From: Catajapyx aquilonaris
Taxonomy: Eukaryota
Assembly (NCBI GenBank): GCA_000934665.2
Contig: KZ538914.1
Coordinates: forward strand, 1-40,691
Reading direction: 5' to 3'
Length of the DNA: 40,691 bases
The notes beneath the pieces are model-generated. The model was not told where the DNA came from and did no database searches. It worked only from the letters and a program-made list of their open reading frames with translations. A program made the translations under genes and the position numbers. This document shows positions 1-20,400 of the stretch, piece after piece. Position 1 is the first letter of the stretch. Each line of letters starts with the position of its first letter.

Positions 1-33
1 CCCCCCCGAACAAAAATCCTGTATACGGCGCTG
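1..33. mobile_element. End of a hAT-like MITE, truncated by the window edge
   Basis: C-run followed by GAACAAAAATCCTGTATACGGCGCTG; the CAGCGCCG terminus is of the same type as at 32294. Confidence 0.45.
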
Positions 34-357
34 CGTCCACAGGTACTAGAGGTGAGCCCCGCCAACAAATTGTCACGCTAATTGCTCTCAACTATATCTG
101 AAACAGCGCTTATTCTCTTCTCTAATTAGCTTTAATCCTGCCGTGTTTTGGTTACCAGTACCCTTAAAAGTAAACTTGAACCTGAACTTTCGCGACAACA
201 AGTCTCTCTGCTATATATTGCGTCTTGCAACAAAGGAGACGACAGGATTTAGGAACAGGTATCACTTTCAATTAAAATCCATCCATTAATTACATGTGGC
301 TGTAACTCAGAAGAGGTACCGTTCCGTGCTTCTAGCCGCATGAATGTTTATTTCATA

Positions 358-677
358 CGAGATGCGGCACCCGGTGTTGCCCGGGAAGAAATGAATGAAG
401 GCAAAACACCTGCCAGTACCCCCGTCAACTGTCTGTCATTCTGTGTGTCCGCCCACCAATGCCATCTGTGGTCCTGCTACTCCAACAGCTTCAACCTCTC
501 CCGCCTGTATAACGGCAACCGTCATTTGCCTGCCATCTGTAGTCAACCCCCAACACCTCCATCCTCTCTCGGCCTGGGGGTGGAGCACAGATGGCAGGTA
601 AATGACGGTTGGCAGGCGGACAGACAGACAGAGAGACAAACAGACAGACTCACAAACGGCTTTATTTATATAGAAGA
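358..677 (-). mobile_element. Non-autonomous Helitron
   Basis: On the minus strand: A|TCTTCTATATAAATAAAG...(GTCT)n 5' end; 3' hairpin CCCGG-GCAACA-CCGGG, 8 nt, then CTCG|T (variant of CTAG); sits between A and T with no TSD. Confidence 0.7.
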
Positions 678-2981
678 TTTCTAGAGATGAGTTTTTGTAT
701 GAGCGCAACCGAGTGCATACCCACACTCGCGCAAGTCCATTGTTCCGACAGCAACGTTGCCACAGTTACTCCTCAGGGGCCAAATTCATACCGGTTCGTT
801 TCAGAGCATTGGCAGGGTTGAATACGATTACATACGGATGTTATATACCACACATTTGGATGCTATAATGTATGCCAACCTCCTTTCGACTATGAGATTC
901 AAGCCATATTAAATCAAAGTCCTGCTGTAATGGCATCAATCAACGCCGTATGAAGTCCGCAATTCACATGATTGGCTGCTTTCAACTTCTAGCCCCAATT
1001 AGTCATTGTGCAAGAACCCCTTCACATCCCACTTACAGGAGCCACAACCTGTGAAGCCTGATTTAATATGTTTGCATTCCGTCCCTCAAACCCGAACCCC
1101 ATCCTTTCGATCATAATAACCTGTTGATGTCTACAGTGATATCGTAGAAAAATATGTCGCTATTCTGATGCAATACGATTTGAATTTTTGAAGTTACAAT
1201 AATGCTTAAGAAATATGATGCCAATTATTGTCCAAGCATAAGCATATCATTTATTAACTACACCCAGAGTCTCATTCAAAAAAATACCCAAGTCACGAAA
1301 TAATTACTCTCTCAAGTAAGCCTAACAGGAAAAAGAACAGTGACAAAATAGCTTCTACAGTAAATTGATAGCTTCCTTCGCAAAAAGCTCTTCCGATAAA
1401 ATATCTGATAATCACATCTGCAGTTCAGGCACGTGCTACCTTTCTTTTCCTCTCGCCCGTGACATAGTGCTTTTAGGTCGATATTTAATACTACACTGTA
1501 GCTTGTAAAGTCCCCCCTTTTTTTTGTTTCACCTATTTCTTTCAATTTATCCTGCAACAAAATAAGTAGTACACACTAAATAGCTAAATACTAGCACTGG
1601 TAGTGCATGATCAACGTCGACCCATTCATACTTTTAGTAAATATGTCGATTACCTAACACGGACATGTGCATGCATCTATAGGTGGACTGACAACGATTT
1701 TGGTCGTGCTATAGTATCAATACACTGAATGTTGCCCTGCGAAACATGGTCAACATGACAGGTGACTAGCTGTCATGGTTCTGTTGTGCCCTCGTCAACC
1801 CTGATGTAATCAATCAGTTCTAAGCCAGGTTTTTTTTATCAGTTACTGCAGAAAATTTTTATATAACAAAAGTTTGGTCAGTATTAGCACGTACAGGGAT
1901 TTGCGCCTGCAGGTTATGTCTCATGTGAGACAAGGGTGCTGTTGCATAATATGTCAGGATGAGGAATTTCCATTCGGTGGACATGTTCATCCTTCAAATG
2001 ACGTTCGAAAAGTGTTCGGACAATTTGGGTTTAGTATTATACGATACCGTATAGTGGAAACATACAGAAAATTTCGCATATAAATTCCGCTATATAGGCC
2101 TATATGTTTCACTACAGTACAAAGTAGCCCTTGTCTTCAAAGAGTATATCAAAATATTGTCATCACTTCCACATTTTGAACACGATTAAATCCTCTACCT
2201 CACTTCTGGATAAATATCTCCTCTTACAATGCGCTTCAAAAATAAACCCCCCTATTCAACCTCTATACAATAATATTCAGGTAATATTTCCTGACAGCTA
2301 CAGTACTTCTTTAGAAACTTTCCACACGAAAAAAAATCCGCTTGCCTCCAAGGCACCCATTATCTTCCTTACACGACTGAAACTATCTGGCTTTTATATT
2401 TTGCATAATCACTGCATATACACAGAATAGAATCCGCCTTGTTGCTAATTATTTAATGAACACCAGCCACGGATTTGACTCTCATTAAACCCTGATGCAA
2501 GAGCAATAACCTCCGTGCAATTCAAAAAAAAAAAAAAAAAAAAAAACCTTTGAGCCTGACAAGACTGCCTGTACCGTAACCTCGTTGTATATGCAGGACT
2601 GTCGGCGAAACTCTGGCACTAATAGGCACTAATGCACCACTAACCAAAAACATAATTTTATCCCACTAATTAAGTTGTGAGGCTGGGGATGGCGGCATCA
2701 TTTGCATTTTCCTCCTACCTCTTACTACTTGTTTTTTTAAATGAACGCGCTTTCAAATACAGTTAGCTATCAGTTAGTTACCTAATATATCCGCCAATTG
2801 TGATATGCCGGAAGTGGACCAAAGTGCACAGGTTGATCCTAACCTCCCCCTATACAACTGCTCAAATATATATCTAGTCAAACGAACCAAAATAACGTTT
2901 GTCAGTTTGGTTGTCATTAATACAAATATTTGGCTCATTCCCAGTATTAACTCAGATGTGACTAGCGTCCTAGGTCCTACA

Positions 2982-3191
2982 CAGGGTGTTTCAACTTTTT
3001 TGTCCGAACAGTTATCGGAAATATTTCACTATAAGCTGCTACTTTGTAAGCAGTGACTTGCAACCGGTTTGTCGGAGGAATGGGGAACATTCCCTGTGAA
3101 TCTTAGGTTGAAGTGGCATACACTGCTTACAAAGTAGCAGCTTAGTGCAATATTTCCGATAACTGTTCGGACAAAAAGTTGAGACACCCTA
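2982..3191. mobile_element. Tc1/mariner-type MITE (CAGGGTG termini), copy 1, internally deleted
   Basis: Long TIRs CAGGGTGTTTCAACTTTTTTGTCCGAACAGTTATCGGAAATATT and its complement ending GAGACACCCTA, TA on the right flank. Confidence 0.8.
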
Positions 3192-3262
3192 TAGAAGGCA
3201 CTTGTACAGTTAGATTTTAGACTTTTCTCATCCAGTATATAGAAAGCCCCCAGTCAAATATA

Positions 3263-3739
3263 CAGGGTGTCTCAACTTTTTTTGTCCGAACAGGTATCGG
3301 AAAATTGCACGTAGCTGCTACTTTGTAATCAGCAAGGGGGTAATCACTTCGGTACTCCGGTGTACACCTGCAAGTGGTACTCCTTGGTACTCCTCAGGTA
3401 CCTCACTCTGTATTACTCCTTGGTACTCCTTGAATTTGGTACTCCAGTGTACACATTTCAGTCGAGTGATTACCCCCTTGGTAAGCAGTGACTTGCAACC
3501 GATGATTTGTCGGAGGAATGGGGAATTGGGAAAAAGAGGCTCACACATCCCATGGCATGTGTGACCCTCTTTTTTCCATGCTTGACCCTCAATTTTCAGC
3601 GGGCAGCGCGTATGCCACTTCAACCTACGATTCGCAGGGAATATTCCCCGTTCCCCCAAAAAATCACCGTTTGCAAGTCACTGCTTACAAAGTAGCAGCT
3701 ACGTGCTACTGTTCGGACAAAAAAAGTTGAAACACCCTG
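3263..3739. mobile_element. Tc1/mariner-type MITE, copy 2, carrying a nested insertion
   Basis: TA|CAGGGTGTCTCAACTTTTTTTGTCCGAACAG...CTGTTCGGACAAAAAAAGTTGAAACACCCTG|TA. Confidence 0.85.
3333..3480. mobile_element. 148-bp MITE with 8-bp TSD (P-element- or hAT-type)
   Basis: 16-bp TIR CAAGGGGGTAATCACT/AGTGATTACCCCCTTG; TSD GTAATCAG (3325-3332) / GTAAGCAG (3481-3488); internal GGTACTCC repeats; absent from copy 1. Confidence 0.8.
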
Positions 3740-4201
3740 TATATAGAACACTTGTACAGTTGTTTAAGTCTGTTAATTCTTAATTTGCTCATTTAAAATA
3801 TTTTTAAATCAGGCATATCTGAGTTAATAAACCCCAACACTAAGCAATTGCTTCACTTACTGTAATCGATAATGCAAATTACAAAACCTCACATTTCATG
3901 TACCTCTGCCAGTGCTTACAGTAAAAAATCGCCACCTCTAACCGTGAAAAAATAGCCTGCGGCTCCTGTTGAAATATTACCTGACATTAACGCGTAAAAA
4001 ATCCGGCAGCCCTTTTCATTTTTACTTCCTCCTGCTACTACCTGTCAACATGGTGTCGCCCGCTCTTCCGTTATATGAACCTACAGTAAATGACCACCAA
4101 GGGTATAGCCCCCACTTTGTATAGATCGCCATGCACCGGCTACTGAAACATTTATTCAAGAGACCTAACCCAATTTCTCCTCTCTTGATCCCTCCCTGCA
4201 G

Positions 4202-13238
<9,037 letters not shown>

Positions 13239-13969
13239 AACTCATATCTAGGTGCCCTATGCCATTCCTACTTCTCCCTGTGCCAATTGCCTCCTTAGGA
13301 CTCATCCACACCGGTCTAGAGTGGGGGAAAAAATCAGCTACCTCGTGGCAAGAACGTGGGACCACTGCTGGATGTACCAGCTAACATCATCACCCCACAT
13401 ATAAAGCATCCCTACCCCATGCAAAAAAAAAGCGCAGTCTGTATAATCACCGTGTATTGTTAGAGACAAAAAAAAACAAAGCAAACAAAAAAAAATCAAT
13501 GTCCGCCATGTGGATGAGCGTCCATTTGGTGTTGTCGTTGTATTTTTTTCCTTCCCACATATCTGGCGGATGGAGCCAAGTGCGCGGATCCATGCAGATC
13601 ATACATATTATGCGCCTGTGTGTGATGAGTGTGCGCTTTGTGTGACCACAGGGCTGTCCAAAGTGGGGGCAAAATCCCTCATACCCATTCTCTAAACCAT
13701 TCCTCCCAGCAACTGTACCTGCACGGCCAACATGAACATCTAGTCACTTCTTTCAAGTGTTTGTGGACACGTGTGAACAAGAGAGAAAGAGCGAGAGCGA
13801 GAGAGAGAGAGAGAAAGAAAGAAAAAAAAAAGTGCTAAAATCCATACTTTGACTTTGTTTCAAGCCTTTGGTGGTAACCTGTGGTTCATTCGACTTGCCC
13901 TATTTGGCTCGTCTTGTATTGCCTAAGGTTGCGATGTCTAGAACTGGCTAAGAAGGGTTAAACAAAAAT

Positions 13970-13975
13970 AATAAA
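13970..13975 (+). terminator. Candidate polyadenylation signal for the cyclase gene
   Basis: AATAAA about 730 nt after the stop codon; another lies near 14776. Not verifiable without transcript data. Confidence 0.35.
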
Positions 13976-16263
13976 ATAAGTATCGCACAGTGAAAAATTG
14001 ATTGCTTTGTGTGATGGGTTACCCACTTCTACCTCCAATATGAACACTCATTTCCGGCAGATAAATTGATGATTTTGGTAATCGAAAGGGCAATGTGCAT
14101 ATTCAACTTGACATTAGCATAACAATAGCATAATGCTCTAATTCTCCACAAGCACAGTGACAGCATTAAAATCAATTCAGTTTACCACAATCACACTGCC
14201 CTTATATTTCAAAAATTAATATCAAGCACTTACGAGGATTACCTGCGGCTACACTGTAACTCCCATCAGCTTTCATTGCAGTATCACAGCTCCTACTTCA
14301 GGAAGATGTCATCCACAGGTACGTTAAATTTCAGCAATGCTCACTCAGTCACAGGGGCCATTGGCGCAGGACCTTTATGGTCGGATCACCGTAACTCTGA
14401 GTCACATGGACTACTACAGCTGTAGCCAAGAAACTGCAGAGTCCAGAAAAGTTGAAACACTCCCACTCCAAAGCTACACACTACAGCTCCCATCCATCTT
14501 GACCTTGTGAAGCATGCTTCTCCTTATCATGAGCACCACTGATTAGGGCACCTAATATGAAAGGTAAATGGGACTTGTCACCAAATGGGATCAAAATCAA
14601 ACTGCATTGTACCAGGGCAAAAAATTGCCATCAACTTTTAATTGCATTTTTTTCTTCAAGTTGGTCTTGTCTCAATTACAAAGCAATGAAGCCTAGTGGG
14701 CACACTTGTCAAACAATTCTAGTTTCCAGTATGTTCTTTTTCGGATAACAGGCAATGAAGATTTCCATACAAAAAAATAAAAATTAAAAAAAGGGCATTA
14801 GAACTTAACAAAGGCTGCACCAAGACTCAATTTCGAGATCAAAATTTACCCCACAATTTGGACACTCCTGGGAAACTCCCCTTCCCACATCTACCATTCC
14901 TCTCTAGCACACCGCCCATTGAACACACTTAAACCTTGGTCAACTGGCTGCAAATCATGGTCAAATACATGCTTTCCATTGCAAGCAGACAGACTAGAAG
15001 CAAGCAGAAGTAATCCACACGCAAAATTAGCCATGTAAGAAATCCAAAAGAAACTTGCACACTTCTCGTGATACAAAGACAGTATATTATGTACAAATAT
15101 ACACTGCACAAACCATGCCGAGGAATATTTGCCATTGCGCAGACAACTTGTGCCAGTAAATCCACTGGAGTCTTAATTGGAATGACTGTTTATGGACTCC
15201 CAGGCAAAACCGTGTCTTGGGCAGCAAGTACTCTTTTTCGTCACTTGCCCTTGGTCAGATTACATGTTACGACTACAGCATACTACTGGGGGAAGGGGAA
15301 ACTCGAAGGATGCCAAACTGCATTAACCCTTTAACTGCTAAGTTACATGTGCTACAACAGACTTGTGGTTCTCCAGTGTGGCTGCAGAACTCTTGACTAC
15401 ATATCCTCATTTCAAGTACAATTCTAGTTAACTCGATTGGCATGTTTTTATAATTCTGATAGAAAAAAAAAAATCCTACATGGATGCCAAGGAGGACAAG
15501 ATTGTCAAATCGTCTCTGTTCCACTCGGTGGAAAATATGGATTCGATGCAAGGCCAGCTTCATTTATCACAAGATAAGCGTTCCAAAACTTTGTATACTG
15601 GTGCTTCGATTCTGTGTTAGGACACTCATGTTTCATCAGGTGCATAAAAAAGCGCAGGCAAAGAAAACGGATTGCTATCTCATGGCAAGAAGCTAGACAA
15701 CTAACTAGTGGCCCAAGTGCTTCAACAATGTCTACAGACCACCATTATCTAGTGGACCGGTTGCCTGAGTCAAGAGGAAGTACGATTTTGTGCCTTCTTA
15801 TACAGTAATGTAAATCTAACTGGAATGAGCCACGGAGTTAAATAACGCAGTTACAGGGTTAAAACAGCACATGCCAAGAATCCTATCAACAAAACTTGGG
15901 AGGGGGGATGACAGTACATGATGCTGGCACAATATTTCAACATGCCCTTTTTTCCAGTTACATAACAGTTCAGGATATATAGAAGCCCTTCATACTTTAA
16001 ACACAGTGCAAAAGTAACAAACTCGGCATAAATCAGTGCATTCACATGGCTAGATAAGCACAGCAAAATACAACAAATGCTCCCTTCCCGGGAACCAAAG
16101 GGAACACAATCAAAGTAGTAGCAGGCTAATGCAATATCCCACCACCTGGAAACAATTTGCATCTTGGGAGCGACAGTACTGACGAACATTTTGTAAGAAC
16201 AATTGTCCAAAAATTGCTTTGAGAAAACTGGAAAACCTGTTTCCATACACAACCTGAAGAGCA

Positions 16264-16434
16264 TTACTTTGCTTCAAGTGTTCATACATCACCAACACAA
16301 TCGACCTTACTTTGATTCAAGTGTTCATACATCACCAACACAATCGAGCTTACTTTGCTTCAAGTGTTCATACATCACCAACACAATCGAGCTTACTTTG
16401 CTTCAAGTGTTCATACATCACCAACACAATCGAC
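16264..16434. repeat. Tandem repeat, 43-bp unit x4
   Basis: TTACTTTGCTTCAAGTGTTCATACATCACCAACACAATCGASC; units start at 16264, 16307, 16350 and 16393. Confidence 0.95.
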
Positions 16435-17342
16435 TTGGACTATGACTTGGACACAAAATGAGAACATTTTTTAAAATGCGCCTTGCCTCCAAAAAAGACA
16501 TCAAAATCAAAATATACAAAAGAAATTAGAAAGGGGCCCAGATAAATGAGCAACATAAATCGAATTTTGTTCAGGACATAACTTGTTCTCACAAAATGGC
16601 CGTCAAGTGTACTAAAATCACAGTAACAGAAGTATTGGGTCAAGTCAACGGTTGTTCTCTCGAGGCTTCTGCTATACTTGGGTTTTCACTTCTCACCAAT
16701 GAGAAAACTGAATCTCATCAATGAGAAGATTAAGACAGGGCACAACAGTTTCTCTTTTCAAAAATATGGCGCCCTTACACAAGAAGCAAGGCCTTGAGAA
16801 GCACTCGACAGATTCCCACCCACTTGACACCTCACCTCCTAATGGAAGATGTAGTACGTATGGCAAGGGATGCACAAATAACTCCGATACAAATACCTGC
16901 ATTCTCCAAGCCTCATATACCCAGTAACCAGAGTCAACTTCACAAGACACACACACGCACGGTACAAATGAAAGAGAAAAAAAAACACTATCACACAGAA
17001 TAATGCAGGTACTCTGGTGGTTACCCAGTGCTTCAAAATTTACAACCACCCAAATAGTGCTGCCTTTAAAATACAAGACCCCCGCAAGGGGGTTACCTGT
17101 TCACCCAGCTTCAATTGCTTTGTCCAGAACAACAACAAACAGAAAGAAACAAGTACATCACCACCGCTTCATCACTCTTCTAATTATTGCAATTAGTAAT
17201 TCCTGGTCAACGGGCATTTCAACACCTTCAGCCACACACAGAATTATCCAGTCCAATTTTCTGACACACCACAGGTGATCCCAGTGCCCTCGTGCATTAC
17301 TCTGTGCTCCCTTGCTCCTGAGCATCACCGAGGGTGCTGACA

Positions 17343-17420
17343 CTATGATGTGCGGGTTGGCCTCTGACCTTTCACCACAACAGGGCGGTTCCTGATGGTG
17401 CCCCTCTTCCTCTTGGTCGT
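17343..17420 (-). CDS. STT3B: STT3B last coding exon
   Basis: ttgcag|[25 protein letters not shown] (TAG); resembles the basic STT3B C-terminal tail. Confidence 0.88.
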   Translation of the reverse strand, partial: TTKRKRGTIRNRPVVVKGQRPTRTS

Positions 17421-20400
17421 CTGCAATGAGGGAAAGTTAATGATTATTATACACTTATCTGTGCCACAACCTGGGACATTCGTGCAGTGAAAGCAAATGG
17501 AAGGTGAACCTGTGCATCCAAACACCAACACGAATAGCATGCAACATTGCTCTACAGCCTCTACATTCACTCTGCATTCAAAGTAATAGTGCGCTCACAC
17601 ACAAGTATATTTATACTGTAATGACTACCTCACGAACACCTTTTTGAAAGGGCTATGATGGTGCCTGGCTCATGGGGTCCAAAAGCTATCAAGGAACATC
17701 AATGGCCAAAAAAAACAGGGTGCAAGAGAGTGTGATAATGACAGAAAAGTGAAAGCTTGAGGTGAGACTGTATACTCAACATTGCGGATTTCTAATATTT
17801 TTTTCTCTAATTTAAGTGGTAACAGAGAGGAGGTGATTGGTAATACAATTTTAATTGTTCCATCACTGGCAGATGGCAACCAATTTTTAAAATTAGTTCT
17901 GACTATATATGACACTGAAAATGACTGTGTGCTGTCCCCTCAATTAGTGGCACCTTATCCAAATACACCATCACGTTTCAACCTAAAAAAAAATTCAAGT
18001 ATGTCGTCTTGAAAGCAGTGTTGCTAAAAGGAGTACAAAGGCAAAGAAACTACTGAAGATGCACATGACATGTACTATATCGCCCAAAAAGATAGAGACG
18101 ATTTTGCATTTGACTCAAGTGCAACTTGCACTTGAATCAAATGCCAATCGTCTCTATCTTTTTGAGCGATATAGTACATGAGTGCTTGGTCACAGCATGC
18201 AACTTTTAGTCTTGCAGTTATGAGCATCACTTAACCCAAGGTCTGCTCCACCACACTTTAACACTATTAAGAGCCTGGGTGGTTTTTCGCGTGTTTGCAA
18301 GGATCTGCAAAAAACTCACTTGCTTTGTCACTTGAGGAACGAACTTTTAAAGCCACCGTATCAGCATATGATACGCCCGTCTTATTAGGGTTAACAACGT
18401 GTTCTTCCGTTTATGACCAGTTGCACCACTCAAGGTAATTCTGGACTAAGAACGTCTTAGCTTGCTTATTTCTAAGTCTTTTGTGTTGCCAAACAAAAAC
18501 AGAAATAAACCCTCAGGGGTGCAAACCAGCCTGGATCAAAAGAACTGCCCAGTTAAACTTAAGATGCACAACCTTCAAGTGAGAATTCCATTAAAATGTG
18601 GCAACTATTCTCTAAAATGTGACAGGGATCATTTCAACATATTACCAGGGGGTGGGAAGTGAATCACTAGTCACTTAAGTTCTGCAGTCTGGTATTGCTG
18701 GTGTCTTCTAATCGTAATATTTATAAGGTAACTCTCTTTAGTCAAAATTTGAAGGCTTAGTGTAAATGTTCACCCAGGAATTTTTGGGGCACGGCACCAC
18801 ATCTAGTAGTAGTCATAGGGCACAATGCTCTGCGATAAAATTTCCCTGTATAGCATTTCGTAAGCGACTGCAAGGCAATATTATAGTTAACAGACGAGAA
18901 GCAGGTTTCGACTAGCAGGTTTCGACTAGCAAGGGGGCACGCTCAGACAGGCTTCAAAAAATTCTAATTTTCACTGTGCAATGCAGAGAGCAACCAATCC
19001 ATCAATCAATCCATCCATCAATCAATGTTAAACTGCTGCCAATGCACAATTCATGCATATGTTGTGCTTGTTATATGAGAATGTACTATGCTTACTGCAC
19101 CCCAGCTGCAGTACAGCAATATTTTAAAAGGTGCTACCATTCATTCCTGACTTAGGTTTTCATATGATCAAGAGCTTTTTAAAAGGTGGGGTAAATCTTA
19201 ACACTACGCATTCCCTCAAGTATTCCCCATACATGTCATCCATTCATTGTTGGGAAAAACTTGAAAATCATATCAAAGAACTAAAAAAAATGCAAATGCA
19301 GGTCTCTTCTGACAGGAAAAATATTCCAGCCAGCCAAACGTGTGCAATTTAAGTTCCTTGCACCGCTTGAATATCCCTTGGGTTAAAAGGCACACTGCCG
19401 ACTTGTGTGCTTCACAAGCAGGCACAAGTTGCTCAGATGACCAATACTAGTGCAGTGAATACAAGTGCAACTGGCCACTCAAAGTACAGCTGAATCAATA
19501 AAACATGTCTCATGAACACTTACCTCTTCATGTTATTTTGCCTGGGAGATGGAAAATATGGCCGTAAGGCAACATACATGGACAGAAAACAACACATAAA
19601 ATTGCACACAGGCAGTCTGGAGATTTTTCGCTCATTCTCTCTCATGAAGGGCATGGCATCCAACCAGATTCTCACGCATTTTTGCAAAAGTTTCGCCTTT
19701 GTTGCAAACATTTCACCAGGCATGCACTGTTTCCACATCCATAACATCACAAGCCTTGAATGCTAACCTTCTTGGACACAAAGATTTGGCTCCTCTTCAC
19801 TTTCCTGTCCTGCGGTAGGATCCTTGGTCTGTTGAACTCCCTGGGATGTTTCACTCGGTATATGCGCACAAGCCAGTGCTCTGATGTGTATGCTTCTTCC
19901 AGGTAAGTCAGCTGCACATCACGATTGCCAATCACAGCATTCCGAGTTCTGTCGTAGCCAGCTGGTGTGCGGAAGTCCAGCTGAAAAATTCACGTTTTCA
20001 ACCTCTCACAATAACTAGCCCAAGTTTATCAAGGGCTCTTATATTCCACTTCTGGAATCAGTGAATGGCATTCAAAATTGGTTGCATATTTCCATTTTAA
20101 AGGAAACTCAAAGCATGCATTTCTGAATTCAAGTGCAAAAGGCACACATCTTCTGTTGGGAGCACAAAAACCACCAGGAGTGACTCATGATTTACATCTC
20201 TTTGAGAATAAGATATTCACACCCACCTTGAGATCACCAAAGCGATAGTAACTCAGCTTGTACATGAGACAATTTAGAAGCACTGGAGATCCTTCTGAAT
20301 CAACCCGAAACTCGCCTCGTTCAGTGAAGTAATCACTCTCCTGCAAAAAGAAAATGTCAGTAACATATAACTTCATTTCAACACCATTTCTACTGACCCG

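Noticed and set aside
678..4201. Further upstream guanylyl cyclase exons
   Set aside because: No kinase-homology-like reading frame with splice sites found by eye; probably intron, though a small exon cannot be excluded
16264..16434. CRISPR-like array
   Set aside because: Units are contiguous with no unique spacers, there are no cas genes, and the context is eukaryotic; it is a plain tandem repeat
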